DNA from: an uncultured cyanobacterium
GTDB lineage: Bacteria > Cyanobacteriota > Cyanobacteriia > CAKZMO01
Assembly: GCA_963719515.1 (NCBI GenBank)
Contig: CAVRCJ010000010.1
Location: 736,001 to 800,000, forward strand
Direction of reading: 5' to 3'
Length of the DNA stretch: 64,000 bases
Shown: in pieces, positions 9,819-19,340 of the stretch
Layout of the letters: each line of letters starts with the position of its first letter
Numbering within the stretch: position 1 is the first letter of the stretch
Program-made: the position numbers and the translations under genes
Notes under the pieces: generated by a model
The model's database searches: none
What the model was told of the DNA's origin: nothing
What the model saw: only the letters and a program-made list of their open reading frames with translations

Positions 9819-10541
9819 CTAACGCGATCGCCGCGTATTGAGCGCGTAGCAAAAGCGATCGGCCCGTGAGATGGTCTCGCCGTGAACTATCGGCTGTCCG
9901 CCCTGACCGCAGGCGGTATAGCGGTAAACGATCAGGGGCTGACCGATAGGAACCTCTAGATGCTGGCTGGTTTCGTAGTTTGCGTGGGTGCATTCAATCG
10001 TCGAATCCACCGTTTCAATCAAGACGTTGTGATGCTCCAGCGTCGGGAAGGTCATCTGGTGAGTCAGCGCAGCGGCGAACTGCTCGCCTAGCTCGGGCAA
10101 AATGTAGCTAATATCGATGGCACCGGCCGCGCCATCCATAAAGAACAGCTTTTTTTGCAGATAGACCGTTTGCCCATCGCCGAGCTGGAGGCTAGCTCGA
10201 ACTTCTGGCGGTGCCTCAACTGCTTCAAAAGTCAGGCTGTCAAACGTGAAGCGGATGCCCTGCCGCGCCATATCCTCCGCCAAAAACACCAAGGGGCTAG
10301 ACAGCGAGTAGGCTACCTTTTGCTGCGGCGTCACAAACACGCCCTTACCCTGATGAGAACTCGCTAACCCCTGATTGATCAAGTTGGCGATCGCCTGACG
10401 TACCGTGATTCGGCTGACCTCAAAGGTCTTCATCAGCTGGTGCTCGCTGGGAAGGCGATCGCCCGGCTGATAGTCCCCCGCTTCAATCTGCCCGCGCAGC
10501 TGTTCAGAGATCGCAATATGGAGCGGGGCCGATGTTGTCAT
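9819..10541 (-). CDS. GntR family (HutC/UTRA) transcriptional regulator
   Basis: RLPSEHQL…VSRITVRQAI…QGKGVFV HTH followed by a UTRA-type domain. Confidence 0.93.
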   Translation of the reverse strand: MTTSAPLHIAISEQLRGQIEAGDYQPGDRLPSEHQLMKTFEVSRITVRQAIANLINQGLASSHQGKGVFVTPQQKVAYSLSSPLVFLAEDMARQGIRFTFDSLTFEAVEAPPEVRASLQLGDGQTVYLQKKLFFMDGAAGAIDISYILPELGEQFAAALTHQMTFPTLEHHNVLIETVDSTIECTHANYETSQHLEVPIGQPLIVYRYTACGQGGQPIVHGETISRADRFCYALNTRRSR

Positions 10542-10561
10542 GGGTCAAATTAGCAGCTTTC

Positions 10562-10628
10562 GTATCGCTTGGCACACCCTTGTTATAGCAAGCGCAGGTA
10601 TGCTAACTTCGACTTGTTATGACAAGTC
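10562..10628 (+). promoter_or_regulatory. NtcA-type box, -10 element and two palindromic operators
   Basis: GTA-N8-CAC 10562-10575; TATGCT 10599-10604 (23 nt spacer); CTTGTTATAGCAAG 10579-10592; CTTGTTATGACAAG 10613-10626. Confidence 0.7.
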
Positions 10629-10678
10629 GTCTCGAGCAGGTCTCGAGAGCCCAGTCCCCGCAGCCCCATCTCCAGATC

Positions 10679-11638
10679 ATGCCTATCTCTACCGCTTCCA
10701 CTGCGACTACCTCCGAAAGGCCTGCTCCTGAAGCGACCGTCTCTAGCCCCAATCCCCGGCAGCTGCTATCGCCCGAGGACTTGACCCCGCTCAACGCGCG
10801 CTCCAACTACCGGGGCGGCATTCGACTTTGCGGCCACCTCATGGTTCTCGCCCTCAGCGGCTACCTGTGGGGCCATGCGCCGCTTCGGCTAGCGCTACCG
10901 GCTCTCGCGGTCTACGGCGCTGGCCTGGCCCTGATGTTTTGCGCCATGCATGAATGCTGCCACCGCACTGCCTTTGCCAGCAACTCGCTTAACGATGGGG
11001 CCGCCTGGCTTGCAGGGCTGCTGTCGTTCTATAACAGCACCTTCTACCGGCGCTATCACAAGTGGCACCACCGCTACACCCAGATTCCGGGTAAAGACCC
11101 TGAGCTGGATGACCCCAAACCTGAATCCTGGCTCCAGTATCTCTGGCAGCTTTCCGGTATTCCCTGGTGGATAGGGAAGCTGCGCGGCCACAGCCGGGTG
11201 GCGCTGGGTCAGCTTGAGGGTTGCTATTTCCTTCCCGAAAGTGCCCATAGGGAAGTGATTGCCTCAACGCGGCTGCAGCTCGGCTGCTACGGAGCGGCGA
11301 TCGCCCTTTCAGCGGCGTTAGGACATCCGGGCTTCATCGTCACCTACTGGCTCCTGCCCCTGGCCATCGGTCAGCCCCTGCTGCGGTTCGTGCTGCTGGC
11401 CGAGCACACCGGCTGCACCACCATTGACAACCCCCTCACCAATACCCGCACCACCCTGACGCTCTGGCCCCTGCATTTTCTGATGTGGAATATGCCCTAC
11501 CACGCCGAGCACCACCTCTACCCTTCCATGCCCTTCCACACCCTGCCCCAGGCTCACGCCAAGCTGCGATCGCACTTTGCCCAGGTCGATCAGGGCTATG
11601 TGCATGTGAACCGCACCATCGCGGCGGCATTTGAGTAA
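10679..11638 (+). CDS. Membrane fatty-acid desaturase/hydroxylase superfamily protein (MocD-like)
   Basis: His boxes HECCH, HKWHH, HAEHH; ATG 10679 preferred because ATG 10619 lies inside the operator. Confidence 0.85.
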   Translation: MPISTASTATTSERPAPEATVSSPNPRQLLSPEDLTPLNARSNYRGGIRLCGHLMVLALSGYLWGHAPLRLALPALAVYGAGLALMFCAMHECCHRTAFASNSLNDGAAWLAGLLSFYNSTFYRRYHKWHHRYTQIPGKDPELDDPKPESWLQYLWQLSGIPWWIGKLRGHSRVALGQLEGCYFLPESAHREVIASTRLQLGCYGAAIALSAALGHPGFIVTYWLLPLAIGQPLLRFVLLAEHTGCTTIDNPLTNTRTTLTLWPLHFLMWNMPYHAEHHLYPSMPFHTLPQAHAKLRSHFAQVDQGYVHVNRTIAAAFE

Positions 11639-12649
11639 TGGCTTCCTGCTTCCTCCTCAAGAACTTTACCCTCCAGTGCGGCGTCACGCTGCCGGAGGCC
11701 GAGCTGGTATACGAAACCTACGGTGAGCTGAACGGCGATTGCTCCAACGCCGTGCTCTACCCCACCTCCTACGGCGCGCAGCACAGCGACATCGACTGGC
11801 TCATCCGTCCGGGCGGCATCTTGGACCCCACGCGGTGGTTTGTGATCATTCCCAACATGTTGGGCAACGGGCTGTCCTCCTCGCCCAGCAGCTGCCCGAC
11901 CCTAGCCCAGCCAGACACCTACACCACCCACCTCGACAACGTCACCGCCCAGGAGGCCCTGCTGCAGTCCCTCGGCATCGAGCGGCTGGCGCTGGTCTAT
12001 GGCTGGTCGATGGGGGCGCAGCAGGCCTACCATTGGGGAGCCCTGCATCCCGAGCGGGTAGAGCGCATCGCGGCCCTATGCGGCACCGCCAAAACCACCG
12101 ACCACAACCGCGTTTTCCTGTATAGCCTGCGGGCGGCGCTGACGGGAGACCCGGCCTGGAAAGGCGATCGCTTTGAGGGAGTGCCGGAGCAGGGCTTTCA
12201 CACTTTTGCCATGATCTACGCTAGCTGGGCGGCGTCTCAGTCCTACTATCGGGAGGCCCCTTATTTGCAGTTAGGGTATTCGATCTTTGGAGGACTACCT
12301 ACAGCGGGGCTGGGAGGCAGGCTACCGCAAGCGCGACCCCCACAATTTGCTGGCGATGATCGACACCTGGCTGCGCTGCGACCTGGGGAATAACCCGACT
12401 TACGAGGGGGACTACGCCAAGGCGCTGGGGTCGATTTCAGCAAGGACGCTGGTGATGCCCGCGACGACGGACCTTTACTTCACCCCGGAAGACTGCGAGG
12501 CGGAGGCAAAGCTAATGCCCAATGCCCAGTACCGCCCGATTCCGTCGATTTGGGGCCACCGGGCGGGCAACCCATATCAAAATCCTGAGGATGAAGCGTT
12601 TATTCGAGAGGCGATCGCGGCACTGCTGAGCGACAAGCCAAAGGCTTAG
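11638..12649 (+). CDS. MetX-like alpha/beta hydrolase split by a +1 frameshift near 12283
   Basis: LVYETYGELN, GWSMGAQQA nucleophile elbow; TDLYF and WGHRAG in a second frame (12287-12649). Confidence 0.8.
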
Positions 12650-13248
12650 CCGAAAATATCGGTGACCGTCAAGCCAAAGTTTGGAACGATATCTGAGGCG
12701 ATAGTCGCAGACTGGCCCTCTTGGGTCAACGCTTCGGCTCCGCCGTAAACCGTATCCTCGTATAGGCCGTTCTCCCAGCGGCATTGGGTGATCTGTCTCT
12801 TCTCAGGGTCCACAATCCAGTATTCGGCGATGCTCCGGGCCGCGTATTCGGTGCGCTTGTAGCGGTAGTCTCGATCCCGATTTTTCTGGCCTGGAGACAC
12901 AATCTCGATGACAAGGGCGGGCGGCGGCATGTCGTGGGTGAGGGTGGCCCGCTTGGTGCCCGCTAGGGCTGCTTTTGATTCTTCTGAATGAACCAGCAGG
13001 TCGGGAATGCGGCAGGTGGCGCGGCGTCCGGAGACTTCGATTTCGGTATCTTTGTAGGCCAATAAGGCGAGGGGAACGGACTTTGCCAGCTCAAACAGGA
13101 GACGCTTGGCGATGTCGTTGTTTTCGTCGGATTCGGGCGGCATGTCCACTAAGGTTCCATTCACCAGCTCACAGCGTCTGTCCGCGAAACCGTCAAGGGA
13201 CAGGTACTCGTCTAGGGTGAGGTATGGCTTTAGGACAGGCTGAACCAT
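12646..13248 (-). CDS. Uma2 (DUF820) family endonuclease-like protein
   Basis: ELVNG, RIPDLLV, LVIEIVSPG, KRTEYA, EYWIVDP. Confidence 0.92.
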   Translation of the reverse strand: MVQPVLKPYLTLDEYLSLDGFADRRCELVNGTLVDMPPESDENNDIAKRLLFELAKSVPLALLAYKDTEIEVSGRRATCRIPDLLVHSEESKAALAGTKRATLTHDMPPPALVIEIVSPGQKNRDRDYRYKRTEYAARSIAEYWIVDPEKRQITQCRWENGLYEDTVYGGAEALTQEGQSATIASDIVPNFGLTVTDIFG

Positions 13249-13342
13249 TGTCGGTCGTGGGTGAGACGTGTTTGTCTATGGTAGGCGTTTCTTTCCTCAG
13301 ACGCAGTACGCCAGCACTTAGAAAAAAGCTAATCGAAAAGGG

Positions 13343-13930
13343 CTAATCTTTGAATTGTTCTACTACTAGCGTGAAGCCCGGTAGCACTGCTTCGCCTGAT
13401 AATTCGGTGGGCAGCGATCGCACCTCTTTCACGCTCCCCTGGCGGTAAATTTCGACCTGCTGCTTTTGGGGATTGATCAGCCAGCCCAAGCGAACGCCGC
13501 TATCCATATATTCCTGCATTTTCTCCTGCAGTGTGGTCAGGCTGTCCGTAGGCGACCTCAGCTCGATAACAAAGTCTGGAGCAAGGGGAGGAAATTTTTG
13601 CCGCTGCTCTGGGGTGAGGCGCTGCCAGCGGGATAGCTCTACCCAAGCCACATCGGGGGAGCGATCGCCACCGTTGGGGAGCTTGAATAGCGTGGAAGAG
13701 CTGAAGACTTTGCCCAGCTTGGTGCGGCGGTTCCAAAGGCCTAAATCGATGCCCAATTCGAGTTCTTTGTTTCCGCTTTCGCCGCCAACGGGGGACATAA
13801 AGATTAGGGCTCCTTGGCGATCGCGCTCGATGGCGAGGTCGGGGTTATTGAGGCAGAGCTGGTAGAACTGCGCATCGCTGAGGGGAATGTGGGTGAGGTC
13901 GATTTTGAGGGGGAGGGTGAGAGGAGGCAT
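13343..13930 (-). CDS. Uma2 family endonuclease-like protein
   Basis: RSPDVAW, APDFVIELRSPTD, GVRLGWLINP. Confidence 0.92.
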   Translation of the reverse strand: MPPLTLPLKIDLTHIPLSDAQFYQLCLNNPDLAIERDRQGALIFMSPVGGESGNKELELGIDLGLWNRRTKLGKVFSSSTLFKLPNGGDRSPDVAWVELSRWQRLTPEQRQKFPPLAPDFVIELRSPTDSLTTLQEKMQEYMDSGVRLGWLINPQKQQVEIYRQGSVKEVRSLPTELSGEAVLPGFTLVVEQFKD

Positions 13931-14014
13931 ATGGATAAGCCTATCGCTAGTAAGGGCCTGCACTCGTTGTTATTGTGCGCTATGAACTGGTGAGACTATC
14001 GTCGCGAGGCTACA

Positions 14015-15202
14015 CTAAGGCAGATCATCTTCAAGTTGAATATCGCGCAGAGAATATCGTTTATCTGTAGACGTATTAGAGCTTTCTAAAACCTCTACGA
14101 CAACCTGACGGTTCACCATGGGCCCAATCACATCATCAATTTCGTCTTCAGCATCATAGATTCTTTCATTTTTACCGTTGATGCTTACTTCAATCCAGTC
14201 ACTGTCTAGCTGTAAGCCGCGAAGTATTCCCTTCAACTGAACAACTTTACGAGCAGAGACTTGCTGAAGAGCGATGTCAGGCGCACTTATGAAATTCACC
14301 TCAGGCTTTTTCAAGACTTGCTTAATCACTTTACGAGTATCTGTACTAAGAACGACTGGATAAGGATAAATGTCGTTGCTAGAGTTGATCTTGATTTGAT
14401 CAAATGATTTTCCTGAAGCAGGTGGTGCAAGCTCGCGAGTCAATTTTAGAAACGCTTTTCTATAATCTTCTTGAGGAACCACTTCAGCTAGTTTTCCCTC
14501 AGGATCTTGCGCAGTTGCTCTAACAATCTCAAGAAACTTCTTAGTAATTTGCTCTACACGCAATTCAACATTTTCCATGCCAGCAAAGCCAAGCTGCTTA
14601 AAGTCTTGAGGTTTGCGCACTCGGACTTCAAACTGGTAACTACCAGCAGGAGCCTGGAAGAGCCAAGGATCGCATTGGCTTTTAATGTTTTGGCTAGGGG
14701 CACCGCGAGTCCTGAGAGGCTGCTCTAAAAGAAGTTCCGTCGTCCGATAAAATATATTTTTGATTCGATCAACTTTTTCTAGAATAAGTTCTAATGGAGC
14801 CGCGCCGTATAAAATTTCTCCCCCGCTTACTGAAACTAAAACTTCACCCTCTATGAACTGAATTCCCGACTTGGCACGGGATTCTTCGTAACGAATCATC
14901 TGTAGCATATCTTCTAGCTCATCTATGGCAAAGGGTGCTAAGAGCTCAGTAGCCAACCACTTATGGGCAGCACGCCTTGCTTGAGCAAGCTCTTTAGCCT
15001 TGTAGTAGAGCGAAACGGCGCTAACGGCTGTAATACTTATAGTTCTGGTTTTGCTAGGAGCGAGACTTTCTATCGCATACGTCTCCGCTTCTGCAGCTAA
15101 GCGGTAAAAATCAGCAGCACGATCATGGTCATGACGTGCATTGAGCTCTTCTGCTTGACTCACATATTCTTCGCTCTGAGTATGATGTATTAACCAGCTC
15201 AT
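14015..15202 (-). CDS. Hypothetical protein, AT-rich; helical N-terminus, beta-rich C-terminus
   Basis: 395-aa ORF; start overlaps the upstream stop (ATGA); no HIP1 site seen. Confidence 0.75.
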   Translation of the reverse strand: MSWLIHHTQSEEYVSQAEELNARHDHDRAADFYRLAAEAETYAIESLAPSKTRTISITAVSAVSLYYKAKELAQARRAAHKWLATELLAPFAIDELEDMLQMIRYEESRAKSGIQFIEGEVLVSVSGGEILYGAAPLELILEKVDRIKNIFYRTTELLLEQPLRTRGAPSQNIKSQCDPWLFQAPAGSYQFEVRVRKPQDFKQLGFAGMENVELRVEQITKKFLEIVRATAQDPEGKLAEVVPQEDYRKAFLKLTRELAPPASGKSFDQIKINSSNDIYPYPVVLSTDTRKVIKQVLKKPEVNFISAPDIALQQVSARKVVQLKGILRGLQLDSDWIEVSINGKNERIYDAEDEIDDVIGPMVNRQVVVEVLESSNTSTDKRYSLRDIQLEDDLP

Positions 15203-15762
15203 GATTCTTCATCAACTGTATGAAGTAGTACCAACTGTACACTGAAGCCAACGATAGATACTAAGGCAGGTAGATTACTATTGCCTCTTCTAGCTTGATC
15301 GATCTTGACACGTAGTCGCTTCTTCACCTCTGCCTTATTTGAACTCGTTCCTGAAATTTCTAATCTAAAGCAATTTTCCAAGTCTTCTAAATCTCGGTTG
15401 CTCAAAGCAACGTAATAGTCTGCACCTGTGCCCTTTGACATACGCCGAATAGCAAAAATATTTCTTAGAAGCTCTATTGTTGCAATTGCAAAAGCGCAAG
15501 CTCCAGCTTCTGTCGCATCATCTTTATCCCATGCTGCTTTAATTCTATTATCCGTTGCCTTCCACTCTACCCTTGCTATAGATTCGTCATTATCATCTTC
15601 TAGAGTAAATTCTTTAGGTGAAAGATGATGGCGATCGAGACAAACTCTGGCAGCTTCAAGGTAGCTATTTGCAATAGACTGGGTGAGAGCCTGATGTCGC
15701 TCAGCCATATCCTCTATAGGTAGTAAAGGAAGATCACTATCAGTCAAAATTAACCTCAACAA
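15199..15762 (-). CDS. Hypothetical protein with possible PD-(D/E)xK-like nuclease fold
   Basis: DATEAGA…GTGADYYV…RLEISGT…KIDQ motif order; start codon uncertain. Confidence 0.65.
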   Translation of the reverse strand: MLRLILTDSDLPLLPIEDMAERHQALTQSIANSYLEAARVCLDRHHLSPKEFTLEDDNDESIARVEWKATDNRIKAAWDKDDATEAGACAFAIATIELLRNIFAIRRMSKGTGADYYVALSNRDLEDLENCFRLEISGTSSNKAEVKKRLRVKIDQARRGNSNLPALVSIVGFSVQLVLLHTVDEES

Positions 15763-16158
15763 ATAAGAGCGGTTTTATTCCTTTCTACTAAATCTACCCG
15801 CGTGGCGTAGTGAATGTCCAAAACAATACAACTACGTCTTGGTGCGATCGCCCCCTCACCAAAATTTCCCTTCACCACGGTTGCGATGGTCGAAGACCGG
15901 TCCTCAAGGACCATCGCCCCCCAACTCATGTATTCTCTCACTCAGCGCTCAAACACAGGCGCTCTCCAGAGGTGGTGAAGACACCTCCAGAGAGCTGAGC
16001 CCGCGCGAACTGGACATGGCAGAACGGCGGACCTACAGTTGAGTTTACAGCTCTCCTGGTGGCCCACCCCACTTTGCCTGCCTTCCCCGAAGGCGCACAG
16101 CAAGCGGGGTGTCTTGCTGTTTGGGCGCGTTATAAAACACCACCAGGAGAACAACTCA

Positions 16159-16452
16159 ATGACCCACGAAACGCCCCGCGATTGCCCCGGGGCCAACTCT
16201 GGCAGGCCCGACCCCAGCCAGGAGGCCTTACCCTACCCCTCCACGCCGCTGCCCCCCTCCAGCCAGCAGCCCACAGGCGGCTTTTATCGCCTGCGCATCA
16301 TCGCCACCGGGGTACCCCAAGCCGTGCAAAGCCACGTCAATGCCATGTACCACTTTGGCTACGCGCAGCCCTGGCAGTGGACCGACCCCGTCCCCACCGC
16401 CGACCCCGGCGAAGTGATGCGCGTCCTCACTAAGCAGGTACCTGCGCCTTAG
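16159..16452 (+). CDS. Small hypothetical protein (cyanobacterial-type family)
   Basis: AGGAG SD at 16145; IIATG…VQSHVNAMYHFGYA…WTDPVPT…GEVMRVLT. Confidence 0.7.
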   Translation: MTHETPRDCPGANSGRPDPSQEALPYPSTPLPPSSQQPTGGFYRLRIIATGVPQAVQSHVNAMYHFGYAQPWQWTDPVPTADPGEVMRVLTKQVPAP

Positions 16453-16484
16453 CAGGACGGGTGCATTCGCGCCCAGAGGCCACC

Positions 16485-16519
16485 AAGGCACCGGAGCTTC
16501 CCCATAGCTCCGGTGCCTT
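16485..16519. terminator. 14-bp perfect hairpin, likely terminator
   Basis: AAGGCACCGGAGCT-N7-AGCTCCGGTGCCTT, about 30 nt after the stop at 16452. Confidence 0.55.
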
Positions 16520-16571
16520 AGAATTTGGATAGAACCACTTGAATAGAAACACCGCGAGAGGCAGCGCAACC

Positions 16572-17177
16572 ATGGTCGCTCTTCAAGACTTGTCTGAATG
16601 GCTCAAAGCTGACGACCCCGAAGAGCGCCAGATCATCAGCGGCGTCAGCTGGGAAAGCTACGATACCCTGCTGAGCAGTGGCGATCGCCTCCCTCACCGC
16701 ATTGCCTACCTAGACGGAGTCCTAGAGCTTGTGTCCCCCAGTCGCCGCCACGAGCGCCGAAAAAGCATCATCGGGTCTTTGCTAGAAGACTACTTCAAAG
16801 AAAAGCGAATCCGCTACTTTCCCCTCGGCTCAGCGACGTTTCGCCAGCAGAACCAGCGCGGCGGCGTCGAACCTGACGAGTCTTACTGCTTGGGCACCGA
16901 AAAAGCGCTTCCTGACTTGGCGATTGAGGTCGTCGTCTCCAGCGGCGGCATCGACAAGCTAGAGGTTTATCGGCGGCTAGCGGTCAGCGAAGTCTGGTTT
17001 TTCAAGGGCGATCGCTTTAACGTCTATCGCCTAACCGCAGCAGGATACGAACTCACCGAGAGCAGCCCTCTACTGCCGGACCTAGATCTAGATCTGCTGG
17101 CTCAGTACGTCGTCGCCCCAGACCCGCTTGATGCCGCGATCGCCTTTCGAGACGCCATCCGGGAGGTACAACCATGA
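16572..17177 (+). CDS. Uma2 family endonuclease-like protein
   Basis: SWESY, YLDGVLE, EPDESY, PDLAIEVV, EVWF. Confidence 0.92.
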   Translation: MVALQDLSEWLKADDPEERQIISGVSWESYDTLLSSGDRLPHRIAYLDGVLELVSPSRRHERRKSIIGSLLEDYFKEKRIRYFPLGSATFRQQNQRGGVEPDESYCLGTEKALPDLAIEVVVSSGGIDKLEVYRRLAVSEVWFFKGDRFNVYRLTAAGYELTESSPLLPDLDLDLLAQYVVAPDPLDAAIAFRDAIREVQP

Positions 17178-17788
17178 TTGCACAGCCCAATAGCGCACCC
17201 GTTTCATTTGACGAATTCATTGCCTGGTATCCAGACGCTCCGGCGAACCGCTACGAACTTCGGCGAGGAGCCATCATCGAAATGCCAAAGCCCAAAGGGA
17301 AGCATTCAGAAATTGCGGGCTTTCTCATCAAGGTGCTAAACAACGCGATTGATCAAGCTTCATTGCCTTACGTCATTCCTCGTGAATGCATTATCAAAAT
17401 TTCTCCCGACACGGGCTACGAGCCCGATGTCACCGTAGTCGATCGCCCCGGCTTAGCCGACGAGCCCCGCTGGGACAGTTCATCCATCATCGAGCGCGGA
17501 GAAACGGTGAAGCTAATCGTTGAGGTTGTCTCCACCAACTGGCGCGACGACTACGCCCTCAAAATGTCCGACTACGAGAGCATTGGCGTACAGGAATACT
17601 GGATTGTCGACTACCTCGGCATCGGTGGGCGGCGCTATATCGGCTCCCCCAAACAGCCTACCGTGACGGTTTGTACGCTGGTGAACGGAGAATACGAACT
17701 GCAGCAGTTTCGCAGCGGCGATCGCCTCACTTCCCCCACGTTCCCAGCATTAACGTTGACCACAAACCAGATATCTGACCCAGGGTAG
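17174..17788 (+). CDS. Uma2 family endonuclease-like protein
   Basis: RYELRRG, YEPDV, IVEVVSTNWRDDY, EYWIVDY. Confidence 0.92.
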   Translation: MIAQPNSAPVSFDEFIAWYPDAPANRYELRRGAIIEMPKPKGKHSEIAGFLIKVLNNAIDQASLPYVIPRECIIKISPDTGYEPDVTVVDRPGLADEPRWDSSSIIERGETVKLIVEVVSTNWRDDYALKMSDYESIGVQEYWIVDYLGIGGRRYIGSPKQPTVTVCTLVNGEYELQQFRSGDRLTSPTFPALTLTTNQISDPG

Positions 17789-17802
17789 GATTCTCTAGAG
17801 CG

Positions 17803-19200
17803 CTACCGCCGCAAATGCCAAGCGCGCGGCTGCACAAACGCCCGAATCCCCTCCTGAGATAACGTCGCCCCCATCCCCGAATGCTTGCGTCCCGTCCAGG
17901 GCAGCCGGGGGCTGACGCGATCGCAGCAGTTCCAGTAGGCGCTGCCGGTGTTCAGCGCCCCCAAGATTTTCACGGCCCGCTGGCGATCGCCGCAGTACAC
18001 CGCCGCCGTCAGGCCGTAGTCCGTGTCGTTCATCAGTGCCACTGCCGCCTCATCGTCCTCCACCCGCTGAATGCCAATTACCGGCCCAAAGGTCTCCTCT
18101 CGCATCACCGCCATCTCGTGGGTCACCTCGGTTAGCACCGTCGGCGCAAAGTACCAGCCCGGACGGTCTACGGGTTCGCCGCCGCACCGCAGTGTCGCAC
18201 CCTTGGCGATCGCCTCTTCGACCTGCCGCTCTAAAACCGCGAGCTGTGGCTTACGGCTGAGCGGCCCCAGATAGGTTTGCGAGTCGGCAGGGTCCCCCAG
18301 CTTAAGCCCCTGCACCGCCTGCAGAAACGCCTCCAAAAAGGCGTCGTAGACATCGCTATGGACGTAGATGCGCTCTATGGCGCAGCAAGACTGCCCGTTG
18401 TTGTAAAACGCCCCGTCGGCCAGCCCGGCAGCGGCCTTGGCCACCTCCACATCGTCACAGACGTAGGCCGGGTCCTTGCCCCCTAGCTCTAGCTGGACTC
18501 TCATCATCTGCGAGGCCGCCGCCGCCGCAATTTTCTGGCCCGTCCCGTAGGAGCCGGTGAAGAAAACTCCGTCCAAGGTCTGCTCTAGCAGTGCCGCCCC
18601 CGTGATGCCGGTCCCCACCACAGGAACAAATACGTCTTTGGGTACCCCAGCCTCGTGCAGCAGTGAGGCGATCGCCAGCCCCGTCAAAGTCGCGATCTCC
18701 GAAGGCTTGTAGAGCACGACATTGCCCGTAGCCAGCGCCGGAGCAATTACGTTGATGCCCACAAAGTAGGGGTAGTTCCAGGCGGAGATATTGGCGATCG
18801 CGCCCAGGGGCTCGTAGGTAATGTATTCTTCCAGCGCAGCGGTGCCCGGCAGGGCATCGGACGGCTCGTGATGGGCCAGGGTTGGTGCCAGAACAGCGGC
18901 GGTCTCCTGGAGGAAAAAGTCAATTCGCGCTGGGGTGGCGAGAATCTCGCCTTTGGCCTGGGAGATAGGTTTTCCTGTTTCTGCGGTGAGGGTAGCGGCA
19001 AGCTTATCCGCTCGCTGCACCAACAGGTCTCGAAATTGGGCTAGGCAGGCGAGACGATCTAAGAGCGATCGCGCGGCCCAGTCGGGCTGAGCGGCGTGGG
19101 CAGAGGCGACTTTGGCGGCGACGCTGTCGGCATCATCGGCGGGGACTTCGTCGATTAGGGCTTCGGTGGCGGGATTGATGATGGAAATGGTGTCGGACAT
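17803..19200 (-). CDS. Aldehyde dehydrogenase
   Basis: WNYP, FTGS, LELGGKD, NGQSCCA, EETFGPV. Confidence 0.95.
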   Translation of the reverse strand: MSDTISIINPATEALIDEVPADDADSVAAKVASAHAAQPDWAARSLLDRLACLAQFRDLLVQRADKLAATLTAETGKPISQAKGEILATPARIDFFLQETAAVLAPTLAHHEPSDALPGTAALEEYITYEPLGAIANISAWNYPYFVGINVIAPALATGNVVLYKPSEIATLTGLAIASLLHEAGVPKDVFVPVVGTGITGAALLEQTLDGVFFTGSYGTGQKIAAAAASQMMRVQLELGGKDPAYVCDDVEVAKAAAGLADGAFYNNGQSCCAIERIYVHSDVYDAFLEAFLQAVQGLKLGDPADSQTYLGPLSRKPQLAVLERQVEEAIAKGATLRCGGEPVDRPGWYFAPTVLTEVTHEMAVMREETFGPVIGIQRVEDDEAAVALMNDTDYGLTAAVYCGDRQRAVKILGALNTGSAYWNCCDRVSPRLPWTGRKHSGMGATLSQEGIRAFVQPRAWHLRR

Positions 19201-19253
19201 TATGCAATTCTAGACAGACATACAGACATAGTGGTGATGCAGATCAGCATTGT

Positions 19254-19281
19254 GTAGGGACATAGCGCGCTATGCCTCTAC
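19254..19281. repeat. GTAG-type REP-like palindrome
   Basis: GTAGGGACATAGCGCGCTATGCCTCTAC; related ones at ~5250-5281, ~20869-20895, ~33433-33520 and 36821-36845. Confidence 0.55.
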
Positions 19282-19340
19282 CGGTGCGCTGTGGGTTAGA
19301 CATGGCGTTTGCCGGGGTCACTGGTCGCGTCACGGATTGA

